From positions 124,001-188,000 of the forward strand of contig JAAOMT010000275.1 in the NCBI GenBank assembly GCA_016748015.1: a stretch of 64,000 nt of DNA, in the 5' to 3' direction. This document shows positions 11,150 to 22,639 of the stretch, piece by piece (the stretch's first letter is position 1; each line of letters begins with the position of its first letter). The notes below the pieces were generated by a model that was given only the letters and a program-made list of their open reading frames with translations, had not been told where the DNA came from and made no database searches. The DNA comes from Geosiphon pyriformis uo1 (taxonomy: Eukaryota > Fungi > Glomeromycota). Made by a program: the position numbers and the translations under genes.

Positions 11150-14100
11150 AATCCTACAGAGAACTAGTACCAACAACTCCATCCAAACAGTGGCAGAATT
11201 CAAAGAAATAGGAACAAACCACTTGGGATTTGTGAAATCTTTATTCTAACACTATCATATTCATCTCGGATTAACAAATAATAGTTGGCCAACAGAATTA
11301 GCTTTCAATTGCTATGTTAATGAAAGAATTGTATACTATTTAGGAGGCCAAAGAGATCCAGAATCCACCTTCAACAACTTCTTTAATGAATTGCTCCAAA
11401 GCACCACTCTTTCACAAAACTATCTATTTGCACTTCTAATTACAGAAATAAACAGGGAAATTAAAAAATACACTAAACAGAGATTTCTTATCACTTTTGC
11501 TGACAAAGAAAATGGAAGATTACAAACACCAGCAGGAATACCAAAGCAAATCCAACTACCCACTTGGAAGAAACAAAGATTTGATTCATCTGCTAATCCA
11601 TCATATCACCACACACCCAAAAGCACTATTAATATAATAAGCATAGCTACAGCAAGCATGACAACACTGCTAAACAAAATCTCATTTCAAAGTAAACAAA
11701 AGAGAGCAGAGTTATTAGGAACATATGGCAATTTTTTCAAGCGATTTAAATCACAATCTTCAATGCCATTAGGAATTTGATTACTACCATTACAACCAGA
11801 TTTCGGAGCCATTAGTCCTTGGGAAATAACTGACTCTGAGGAAAAAAAGAGTAGTAATCAGGAAGTTAACAAGCAAAATCTGATCCTAGAAAATTCAGAA
11901 ATTAAAACTCCAGTTAATTAAACTCCAAAAAATCAGAACAATCAAAACCCTAACGTAATTAACCAACACTTATCTCCAGTAATTGTGATCAATTCACCAC
12001 CAGCACCACCAATTGCTGGACAGCAACAATAGTCACAACTGCTACTCTAATAACAAATTCAGCAGCAACCACAACAACAACCAATGGCTTATGCTTCAAT
12101 TACTAAAATAGAGAAATTTACCAGCAAAAAGGACAATGCCCAAGTATGGCTTAATGATATGGAAAAAGCCATCGCAGCTAATAGATGGAATGACAACAGA
12201 GCCCTTCAAACAATTTTCTATTTTCTACAGGATACCACCAACTCATGGTATTAGAGTTTAGCCATTAAACCTCAAACATTCCAGGAATTTAAAACTGTAT
12301 TCTTGAAATATTTCAGTAATAATAACAGCATTAATTATCTGGCCAACACTTTCACTAAATTAAACAGAAAGAAACTGAAGCAGTTACTACTTACTTGGGA
12401 TGCTTCCACAGGAACTTATGCTAAATTCAAGCAATTCAGACTGATTATTTTACAGCACCACAGATCTTAAACCAGTTCATTCATGGACTGCACAGTAGTC
12501 TTCTTCAATGCATATGCCCAATGCACTCACAAACTCTCCAAAATGCAGTTATCAATGTGAGAGATTTTGAATCAGCAGAACTTAAAATAAACTATGTTCA
12601 AGCCGTTGTTACCAGTGGTTTTTGTTAATATTAGAGAACATTTCTTAGCTCAACTGATAACACACATTACCATGATTATGCTACTGACTATAGCATATCA
12701 TGGATGTATGGACTATTTTAGTAGGTGAAAGAGCAAAAAGAGGTACATGATAAAGTCATTAAAAGTGAAAGAAAGTATTGTCATTATTATTTGTTTTTGG
12801 GCAAGAACCAGTCTTAAGTATTTAAAAAGGGGAAAAAAAGTCACATCTCTTTATATGTATCAGAAGCACAATTAGCAATGAGGAGAAACCAAAACTACTT
12901 AAGAAAATCATAACCAGAATTTTTTCAATTAATCATCAAAAGAGTGTGGTATTCAAATGTTCACTTTGAAAACAAAGTTATAGGAATTATAAAAAGAATT
13001 ATGAAAGTCAAACATAACTGAAATAGATTTTGCTTAAACTTTTTATTGTTAAGACCACTCTCTAATAATATGATACTTTATTACTTATTTTTATATTTAA
13101 CAACTTGTTTGGTGAAACAAAACTTAATGTAAAATAGTAATAACACATAATTTGAAAGATCAGAAGTAATAGAACAACTTAAAATAGTAATAACAAGTAA
13201 GTAAAAGATTATAAACAATGTGATTCCAAATAGTGATAAGAAATATGGAAAGACATACTTAAGATTGTAATGACAAGTATTTAGAGCATAAAAAGGGAAG
13301 AGAGAATGTAAGGAGTAGAGAAAAGGACTAACTGCTCACTATAAAACTATAGTAAAGAGTTGGCTCAGTATTGAACTGATGCTTTCTTGAGCTAACAGAG
13401 AGACTGTATATATAGCTAAATTACATCAGATCTACATATTATATTAGAACTATTTAAAATACATCAATTATTTATATACATTTAATTAATCAATTCATGA
13501 TAAGCTTACTCGGCCTGTTATTTATCCAAGAGCTAGTAATTTAGATGATCAGTTTTTAGATGGCTGGATCTAGAACATTGATTGTAAATCAATGATACCA
13601 ATTGTAATTATGATCAACATAATCAGAAGTAGATTAATTAATTATATTTCTTGATAACAACTTTTAACTATTGATCACAGATCTGGAATGTTAGATTGTT
13701 CCAATAAAGGCATATGAGAATTTTGGAACATAACAAAACTTGTTGTTATCTGATTACATGTGTCAATCATTCATTTCTATTGGTGTTTAGTTAAACTGTT
13801 GGATTGTACCATATTTCTTTGTTGTAATTAGATTGATTGCTGATCATTTATTTCCAGATTGCCAGCTGATTTTGTTGATTAAGTGCAATGATGTAAGTCT
13901 TTTTTGGATGATTTTAATGTTAATTTTCATTATATGTGTTGTAATTTTTGCATTGAAAAGTGTAAAAATCTTCCAGTAATACTGTTAACCTAGTCATGAA
14001 TGGATTATCTAACTTGGATTCCAAATTGAAACAACTTAGTGAATTAATTAATCAGAAATTGAAAGGATACTTAGTTGACAATCGCACAATTTATCAATCA

Positions 14101-15200
14101 CCACAATGGTGCAATAATCCAGGAAACACAAATTATTTCTAAAATCAGTTACATTCATTATTAAATCAGCCATGGCAACAAAAAACGCATGTCTGCCATA
14201 ACTGTGATAAACAAAGCCACATTAGAGCCGACTGCCAATCTTATAATAATTATTCATGATCGGAAAATTAATATTGAAACCTCAATTGCTGGTTTCAAGC
14301 TCCGAATTATCAACCCAACCTAGCACCATATCAACTGAATTACCTACTTATGACACAACAGCCAATCTATTAACCACCAACTTATCAGCCAACAAACCCC
14401 ATCATTTATCAACCACAGTCTCAACCTATTTATTAATCACAGCCTCAGATAATTCATCAGCCCCAACCAATTTAAACACCACCACAGAACTTACCTCAAA
14501 ATGGAACCCAAAGGCCAAGATTGACACAACAAAGCTGAAAATTATTGATAATAGTTTATCAACTAATTCTCAGTTCCTCGACACAACAATTGGGATTCTG
14601 ACAACAGAATTCGGACACCAGATATGCCCAAAATCTGAATTCCCAACACTATTTAAGTCTTCTGATTACCCCAGAATACACCACATTCAACAACCCAGAA
14701 TCCAGCCAGAAACAGTCACTTACTAGCAATATTCCACCAATAACCATCTCCTACAACAAATCCTTAGCAGCTATTTTTTCTTTTGAACTTAAGAAAACCA
14801 CGACAGTCCCATTATTCAGTGGAGCCACTCTTGACACCAAACTGTTCACCACCATGTATACTGATGCAAAGATTAATGGTCATGCCATTAAGTTGATACT
14901 AGACAGTAGATTAGCTGGCAGCATCATTACATGACAACTCATGGACCAATTAGGTCATCAAGTTAATCATGCTGCTAGTGCTCACATAATTACTGCTGAT
15001 GGGGCAACTAAAACTCCTATTGGTGAAATTGATGACTTCCCTTTTGAAGTTAATGGTATCATTATTTTCATCAAAGTTCTAGTAATAGAAGTAACTCAAT
15101 ATTAGACATTGGTAGGAAATAACTGGTTATCTAAAACCAATGTCATACTTGACTGGACGATGCAAGAACTCCAATTCAGCCAGAATGGTCAACACACACG
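11150..15200 (+). pseudogene. Element B gag (split by C) and protease
   Basis: Capsid-like KIEKFT..WLNDMEKAIAANRW, zinc knuckle CHNCDKQSHIRADC (~14193-14235), S/T-rich spacer, protease LILDSRLAGSII (~14893). Confidence 0.85.
12607..13981. mobile_element. Solo LTR C inserted in gag of B
   Basis: Begins TGTTACCAG, ends CAGTAATA (decayed TAACA); TSD CCGT/CTGT; removing it restores the gag frame QAVNLVMNG; no coding domains seen. Confidence 0.82.
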
Positions 15201-15569
15201 AGTACCAGCCACATGTGGCCATTTCAAAACCCCCAACATGCCAGCATCTCTTATTAAATTTGAGAAAGAAGAAAAAAAACCTACCTGAGAAGCCTATCAA
15301 GTGTCCTGGACCAACAAAGACCACAACAAGTTGCTGCCAATACTCTCCTGAGACAACAACAACAAAGGAAAGCAGAAAGAAGAACTTATCTGGAACACTG
15401 ACCAATTCTAAGAAACCAACCACAATTCAGAAAAACTGATAACTTGGGAATGAGATGAAAAAAAGAAAAGGAAAGGAAAAACAAAGGAAAAAGAATTATT
15501 ACCAACTGCCCTTTACACCTCTTACACATATACACCACCACAATAATCAAGTTATCATTAACCAAAGCT

Positions 15570-16190
15570 AATATGCATTGATTGCAGCAAGAAATTGTTA
15601 TTAATGAACACATGCTGTGGTAACAATGAAAAATATCAAATGGTGACTAAATTTTACTGTTATACGTGTATCATAGAACACTTTGGATGACCAAAATGAC
15701 AAGAAAAATGGGACAACAAACCTTGTCTAGCTTGTGGGGAAATCTTACTTAACAAAGGATTGTGGAATAACATTCTTGGTCAAGGAGAAATGTGTGACAC
15801 TTTGTGCCAGTATACGATCTTCATTAGCAATTGGGTCAAGAAAAAGACACCAATCAAAGCCACCTGGAGAAGAACTGTATAGTGATTAGACAATTGTCCA
15901 CATGATGACAACAAAATATGGAGAATGGCAATAACCAAGATAGAAGGAACATTACCTGAAAAAATCAGAAAAATCAAAAACAACTCCCCAGAATTCATAA
16001 AACTTGACTGAGACTCAGAACCAGTCATAAATCTTCTAGACCCAAAACAATTTCATGAACACTACTAGGAATTAGCACCCACTAGAGAAGAGCAGGAGCA
16101 ATGCCTAAAACAATTGAATACTTGACTATGTCAATACTGCTTAATTCTCTGTGACTTCCAATATTGTAATGAGTATGATTTCATTTACAA
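15570..16190 (+). pseudogene. Element B Cys-rich domain
   Basis: CIDC, TCCG, YCYTC, PCLAC, MCDTLC, CPH, CQYCLILCDFQYC. Confidence 0.72.
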
Positions 16191-16419
16191 TTCACCACCA
16201 CACATGATCTACACAATCCCAGAGAAAAAAGAACCAATCAGCAGTTGTGCATTAGAATTGGAATCAACTTTCAATTCCAATTCAAACTCTGACAATGATG
16301 ATGACAAAACCAACAGTTCTAGCTTCGCTCAATATAGCAATGAAAACTATGACAATTCAAACTTCAATTTAAACCCTGAAACATTTATCGCACTTTCTGA
16401 CTTCACCAAGGAACAGGAG

Positions 16420-16845
16420 CTTAAATGGTTTAGCAATAATAGTGAAGGTATTATGCTAGAATGCACATATGATACTGATACAGGATTTGATCTGAGATAT
16501 CCAGGAAAAAATGCCATAAAAATGGAACTCTATTTGTGTACCTGTATTAATCTCAAAATAGCATTGGAAATTTTAGCAACAACAATGGTCCAGTTGGTAT
16601 CTAGGAGTAGCTTAGCAAAAAAAAGAATCAACATCAAAGGAGGAATAATTAATACAAAATATGTAGGAAATATTATTGCTATACTACAAAATGACTTAAA
16701 AAAGACCTATACCATAAAGCCAAATAAAAAAATAGCACAAGCAATATTCCTGCCTTTGGTGAAAATAGCTCAGTTAATATTAGTGGGAAACAGGAAAGAG
16801 TTAGGAATTACTACTAGAGGGATACAGGGATTCGGATTAACAGAT
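16420..16845 (+). pseudogene. Element B dUTPase
   Basis: Five trimeric dUTPase motifs: TGFDL, SRSSLA, GGIINTKYVGNI, KIAQAI, RGIQGFGLT. Confidence 0.9.
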
Positions 16846-17310
16846 AGAATAGACATATCAGTTAATATGGCAGAGGAAGAGGTTATTGACAAAAGAGAAA
16901 CTATCTCAATCCGTCAATCAATTTTCATTCCACCATATAACTAGTATATGTTAGCCATAAAAAGAAAAGTAAAGAATCAAGCTCAGTTGTTTGAAGCAGA
17001 AGTCACCATTTGCGAATCAGGAGAAATTGGACTCACTAATCTCTACATATCAGCCAAAAGCCCCAAAAATATTAAAATTCCCATTTACAACACAACCAAA
17101 AATGTTATTGAAATACCAAAAAGAACCATCATTGAATACTTAACCACTGAAATTGAGGATCAACCACCAAACTACATTCCAGATTTTCCACAGCTTTGTA
17201 GATATATAGATATCACATCACAAACCATTTATGGATAAAGCAAATATTATCTGCTCCAACTGGAACAATTAGAACAGATGAATTTGGGAAATTTATATCC
17301 ACTTTAATGA

Positions 17311-18675
17311 ATGCAACTTAAGATATTACTCAACAATTTTAATGACATCTTTGCCAGTGAAAATGAATTTGGCAGAACTAATATAATCCAGCACCAGATC
17401 AAGACTGAAGATACAATGCCAATAAAACAAAGAGCATATAGAGTACCACCAATTAACCATGAAATCATCCATCAAGAAATCAATCAGATGCTTGACAACA
17501 GGCTAATTCAGCCATCAATGAGTCCATGATCATCACCAATAGTACTAGTTCAGAAAAAAAATGGAAAAATCTATTTTTGTGTAGATTATCGAAAACTGAA
17601 TGAAGTAACTAAAAGTAATAGTTATTTAATGCCAAAAATTCAAGAATTATTTGATGCTTTTGGAGGAAATAAATGGTTCTCAACACTGGATTTAGATAAT
17701 GGTTACTGGCAAGTAGCCATGAACCCAGCTGACAAAAAAAAACAGCATTTACTACAAGAGAGGGAAATTTTGAGTTTGAAGTTATGTCATTTGGCTTGAT
17801 AAACGCTTCAGCAACATTCCAATAACTTATGAAAATTGTCTATACTGGATTACTATGGAAATCAGTAGTTATATACTCGAATGACACCAATGTGTTCTCA
17901 AAAACATTTGATAATCATCTGCATCATCTACAACAAATGTTCGAAAGATTAAAAAGAGCCAGATTAAAGCTAAATGCCACTAAATGCTTTTTTGGAAAAA
18001 TGGAACTCAAATTTTTGGGACATGTTGTGAGCAAAGATGGTATTAAAACAGATCTAGATAAGATAGAGACTGTTAAAAACTTTCCAGTACCAAATAATCT
18101 CACAGAATTGAGAGCATTCTTGGGATTTGCTGGATACTACCACCACTTTATCAAAGACTTTTCCAAAATAGCTTAACCACTGCACCAGTTTCAAACAAAG
18201 AACACCAAGTATAAATAGACAGAAACCCAGTAAAAAGCTTTTGATATCTTAAGAAGAAAGCTTATTCAAGCTCTAGTACTGATTTATCCAGATCATAGCA
18301 AGCCATTCATCATTACTACCAACACATCAGGTCAAGCATTGGAAACAGTACTATCACAGAAAAGACCAAATAGAAGAGAACATCCAATAGCTTACACCAG
18401 TAAAAGCTTAAGTCCAGCTGAAAAAAACTATAGAACACCAGCATTAAAACACTTAGCAATCTATTGGACAGTCATAAAATAGAAAAAATACTTGAGTCAA
18501 AAGTTCAAAATATATATAGATTACAAAAAATTGACTTCAATCCAGAAGCAAGAATTTGGAGACAACTGTTATGTCAGATAGAAAATAGAACTTTCATCAT
18601 TCAATTATACAGTACATTATAAAAAAAGAAAAAACAATGGAAATGCTGACAGTTTGTCGCAAATGAGACAAATCT
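17311..18675 (+). pseudogene. Element B reverse transcriptase and RNase H
   Basis: PIKQRAYRVP, FCVDYRKLN, TLDL..GYWQV, IYSNDT (decayed YxDD), KFLGHVVS, LRAFLGFAGYY, NADSLS. Confidence 0.9.
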
Positions 18676-18707
18676 AAAAACACTTCAACCCAAAAATATA
18701 ACAAAAA

Positions 18708-20060
18708 ATGAATATACAAAAATACCAATAACTTCAATATTATATAAATACTCAATTGTTTAAAGAGAAATTATCTCAAAAAGAACAAAACAATATAAAA
18801 CAACAATCAAAATATTTTATCAATCATCAAAATATACTTTACTAGAAAAACAGACCAGTCAACAAGAGTAATTACAGAACCGGAAAAAGAAACAATATTG
18901 TTCAATATGCACTCAGATCTAACAGCAGGACATTTTCATAAAGAAGCAACCATAGAAAAAACTAGAAAAAGATACTATTGGCTATCAATATATTCAAATA
19001 TCATCCAATATGTTCAAAATTGTGATGCTTGTTAGAGAAGAGAAGGAACAAAACCCAGTAAACCATTAAGACCAATCAAAGTAGAACAACTATTTGATCA
19101 CATTGGAATTGACTTAGTTGGATCATTAACAATTACCAGCAGAGGCAACAGATATATTGCAGTAGCCATGGACTATCTCACTAAATGGCCAGAAGCAAAA
19201 GCCATTCAAAGAGCAAATGCAAAATTCATTGCCAAATTCATTCATCAAAATCTGATCTGTCAACACAAATGTCCAAAAAAATTATTATCAGATCAAGAAA
19301 CTCACTTTGTAAATAGAACATTAGCAGAATTAAGCCAAAGATTTGGAATAAAAAGACCACTATCATTACTATACTATTCATAAACAAATGGGTTAGTGAA
19401 AAGATTCAACAGAATACTGTGTAAAGCAATAGCCAAAATTAGCCAAGAAAATCAGAACGAATGAGATTTGTTTATATCATCAGTATTATTTGCTTATCAG
19501 ACAATGAAACAAAATACCACACAAGCAACACCATTTGAATTAGTATACAGTAGAACAGCAACATTACCAGTTGAGATAAAGATCAATACATATCTAACTG
19601 AACCAATAACAAAAGATAATTTCCAAGAAACATTGTTGAAAAAAACATATGACTTAATGGAAACACTAGAAAACAAATGACAAAAAGCAGTTGATAACAT
19701 CCAAAAGTCACAAGAAAAGCAAAAAGAACGACACAATAATCAACTACCAGATAAACCAGTGAATTCAAGATTAGAGACAAAGTACTTTTACATCATACCA
19801 AAGTGGAAAAACAATGGAGTGGAAAATTTGACTCCAAATGAGACAAACCATTTCACATAGAAGAAATTCTAGGAAATAGAGCTTATAAATTAAGATAGGA
19901 CAACAAAATTTTAACCAAAGCAGTACATGGTGATCGACTGAAACCATATTACTAGATAGTATTATCATCCACCAATAACATTTCACAACTGAAAGTACAA
20001 AAAATACTAGTTCAATCAGATGAGATTTTACGAGATCTGGAACCAATTATAGTTATTAAA
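18708..20060 (+). pseudogene. Element B integrase
   Basis: MHSDLTAGHF...CDAC zinc finger, GIDLVG, DYLTKWPEA, NGLVKRFNR, TPFELVY. Confidence 0.9.
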
Positions 20061-20131
20061 CCAAACACATCAAATTGAACAACCAAAAGTATATAAAGAC
20101 ACAGTACACATGACAAAAGCAACCAAGAAAA

Positions 20132-20767
20132 ATGGAAATACCAAATTATATTCACATTATAGCTCAACAATTGTTCCAGGCCTTAAGTCAACAACAGTTA
20201 GACATGGAAATTGTTATTAACAACCAAATAATTTGCTATCAAAAAACACAAAAAAAGACAAAAAATACACCATATCAGCAGCCACCAAAGAATGATAAAA
20301 ACTGGATAGATAACTTAATAGAAAAAGTGAAAAACACTTTTGGAAAAATATCTATTATGGCACCAACAGAAGAGCTTACAAAAAAAAATTGAAAGCAATG
20401 AACAGAACAACTTCCAATATCATATTGCTACTACCAGTTAAGTCAAAAGTTAAATATTCAGAAGTTGTATATTAACAAATCCAAGAAAATATTCAACCAA
20501 GACATAATACAGCAAATTGAAGAATTTATCAGAAAAAAAACAAATTTAACACTACATGTTAAAACAATATACCGATTACACAACATATTTCAGAACTATC
20601 CAGAAATACTGTTACATTCTAACATAGAAACCATAACCATTAACCAATGGGGAAGAATGAACAATACACAGGTAGAAGATGTAAGAAACAGAGTTGAACA
20701 AACAATACTTGAAAAAAAAGTACTAGAATTAATTCAAAACAAAGATTTTAATGGAGCTCAATATTAA
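20132..20767 (+). pseudogene. Element B accessory ORF3 (unknown function)
   Basis: MEIPNYIHIIAQQLFQAL..EIVINNQI; KTIYRLHNIF..TITINQWGRM; ends FNGAQY* at the PPT; TATATAAA at 20090-20097. Confidence 0.72.
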
Positions 20768-20780
20768 AAGAAAAAGATAA

Positions 20781-21602
20781 TATTACTCATAAAAAAGAAA
20801 ACAGATATAGAAAAATAGTAGACCAATAAGAAAGTAGTAGTTAGCACATAAGCACATTGCTCAATAATGTGGAACAATATCAGAAATCATGACATATCAC
20901 TCAGCAATGTAAAGCAATGTCAAGAAAATATGGCACATTGCTTAAGAAATTATAACACATTGCTTGAGAATGTGAGTGATCTTGTAGAACCCAAATTATG
21001 TATATATAGTGGTAGTATTAGAAGTAAAAAAAACAGACCTCTTAGTTTAGATTTTAATCTGAGCAGCCTTTCCATTCACAAATATCAATAAATAATTATT
21101 CACTATCTTAATCCACTCCCACTATCAACACTTCATGTTAATAGTAATTGATACTTAATTATACTAAAACAATAGCTCTTGATCACAGCTATTGATAGAA
21201 TACTAATTTGCAATTGCTTTTGTTATTTTTTTTATCTTCTTTTATTTTATTTTTTCTTTTGTTATTTCCATGATTTTACTAAATTGATTAAGGATTAAGC
21301 ACTAAGATACAGATGTCATAGTGACTGATAAAAGACCCGTGAAACAAGGGTAAAACACTCATAGATTTAAGAATAGCTTACCAAGAGGATTACTGGCCAC
21401 CATGCTAAGAAAAAAATTTGATGGAATTGCGATTCCAGGAGACTACTAAAAACAATTGTTAAATCTCTGTTTATTATACAAAGGACTCTACAACAAACTT
21501 TTAGATTAATAAAACCTTCAGATATCTACACCAGAGTACCAATCAAGCACCAAGTTATGAATTTGTTATTTGCTTTGAGACCCCAAATAATTATCTGTAA
21601 TA
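20781..21602 (+). repeat. Element B 3' LTR
   Basis: Direct repeat of 10293-11127; preceded by PPT. Confidence 0.95.
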
Positions 21603-21690
21603 CTGGATATCTTAGATTATATCCAGCATCAATTTCATGTGCTTTTTTTGGTCTGATTCCTTGGCCATAGTTGTTGAAATATTTAAGTTG
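21603..21690 (-). pseudogene. Element A dUTPase, N-terminal part (motif 1), separated by insertion of B
   Basis: RPKKAHEIDAGYNLRYP; rejoins as YPGKNTLIFQPK with 10292 downward. Confidence 0.85.
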
Positions 21691-21799
21691 TAGGAGTAGT
21701 TGATTTTTAAGAAGATAGATAGAGGTGGTTGGTAGTTCTTTTACTAGTTCAGATACTTCAAATTTTATTTTATTTTCATCATTCTCATCTGGCAGGGGA

Positions 21800-22420
21800 A
21801 TGCTAAGAGCATAGCATTTTAAACACCATTGGTCATTACAAGACATAACATATTCTTCACATAATTGAATGTTCATTTGCTCTAATTGTTGAATTTGAGC
21901 TTCTTTGATTAGGTATATATGACTTGCAATTTGGTAGTAGGTTTCTACTTCATCTTCATAATCAAATCCAGCTAATTTTATAGTATACTCAATATATTCA
22001 GCTTCATTCATTTGGTGGACATCTTTCTATATGACTACATTAATTAAAGCCATTGCTAAATCAAAGATCATTTCAGCATTATGAGGATAATGATAGAGTT
22101 TGTTAAGAGCATTGTTGTATGTTGCATCAAAAGGTGTTTCTCTTTTAACTTTTTCCGAAATTGATAGGACATATTAACAGGTTTGGTCACATACTCCTTC
22201 TCTTATTACAACATCAATCCAGTTGTATTCTTCTGATAGCATATCTTTACATGTGAAGCAAGGAGTGTTGTCTTATTTTTCACTCCTTTTGGAATATCCA
22301 AATCATTTTCTATGGCATGCTTTGCAAAAGTAGTAGGTGTGAGTTTCATATTCCTCTTTTGGAGAAATACATGCTCTCATAGATGAAAGCTTCTTTTTGC
22401 AATCTTTGCATTTTAGTAAA
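21800..22420 (-). pseudogene. Element A Cys-rich domain between protease and dUTPase
   Basis: CKDC, FCKACH, PCFTC, VCDQTC, CEEYVMSCNDQWCLKC. Confidence 0.7.
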
Positions 22421-22639
22421 ATGTATGGTGGTTCTTTTCGTGGTTCTGGTGTGGAATACCAAACTTTTTTCCATTTTCTTGATTCTTCAAAAATCTCTTG
22501 CTCTGTTTCCTTAGCCCAATTGGATGTTGATCCAAGAACCATGTAAGTTTTAGTGAGTGGCATTTTTTTCTCCTCCTTAAATTCAAACACAGGGCTTTTT
22601 CTGATTGTTTGTTAAAAGTGCCACATATAGCAAGTACTA

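Larger units (their letters stand above)
10293..21602 (+). mobile_element. Ty3/gypsy LTR retrotransposon B, inserted in the dUTPase of A
   Basis: LTRs 10293-11127 and 20781-21602; PBS TGGTGCTCCCTGTGAGG; PPT AAAAGAAAAAGATAA; TSD TTGG/CTGG; order gag-PR-Cys-rich-dUTPase-RT-RH-IN-ORF3. Confidence 0.95.

Noticed and set aside
12607-13981. Retrozyme or hammerhead-containing element
   Set aside because: No CUGANGA...GAAA core with flanking stems found by eye; termini and 4-bp TSD fit a solo LTR
19800-20060. Chromodomain at the integrase C-terminus
   Set aside because: After the GPY/F motif the protein ends near DLEPIIVI with no Y(L/F)VKW-type motif
20132-20767. env gene in the third-ORF position
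   Set aside because: No signal peptide, furin site or transmembrane helix in any of the four ORF3 translations
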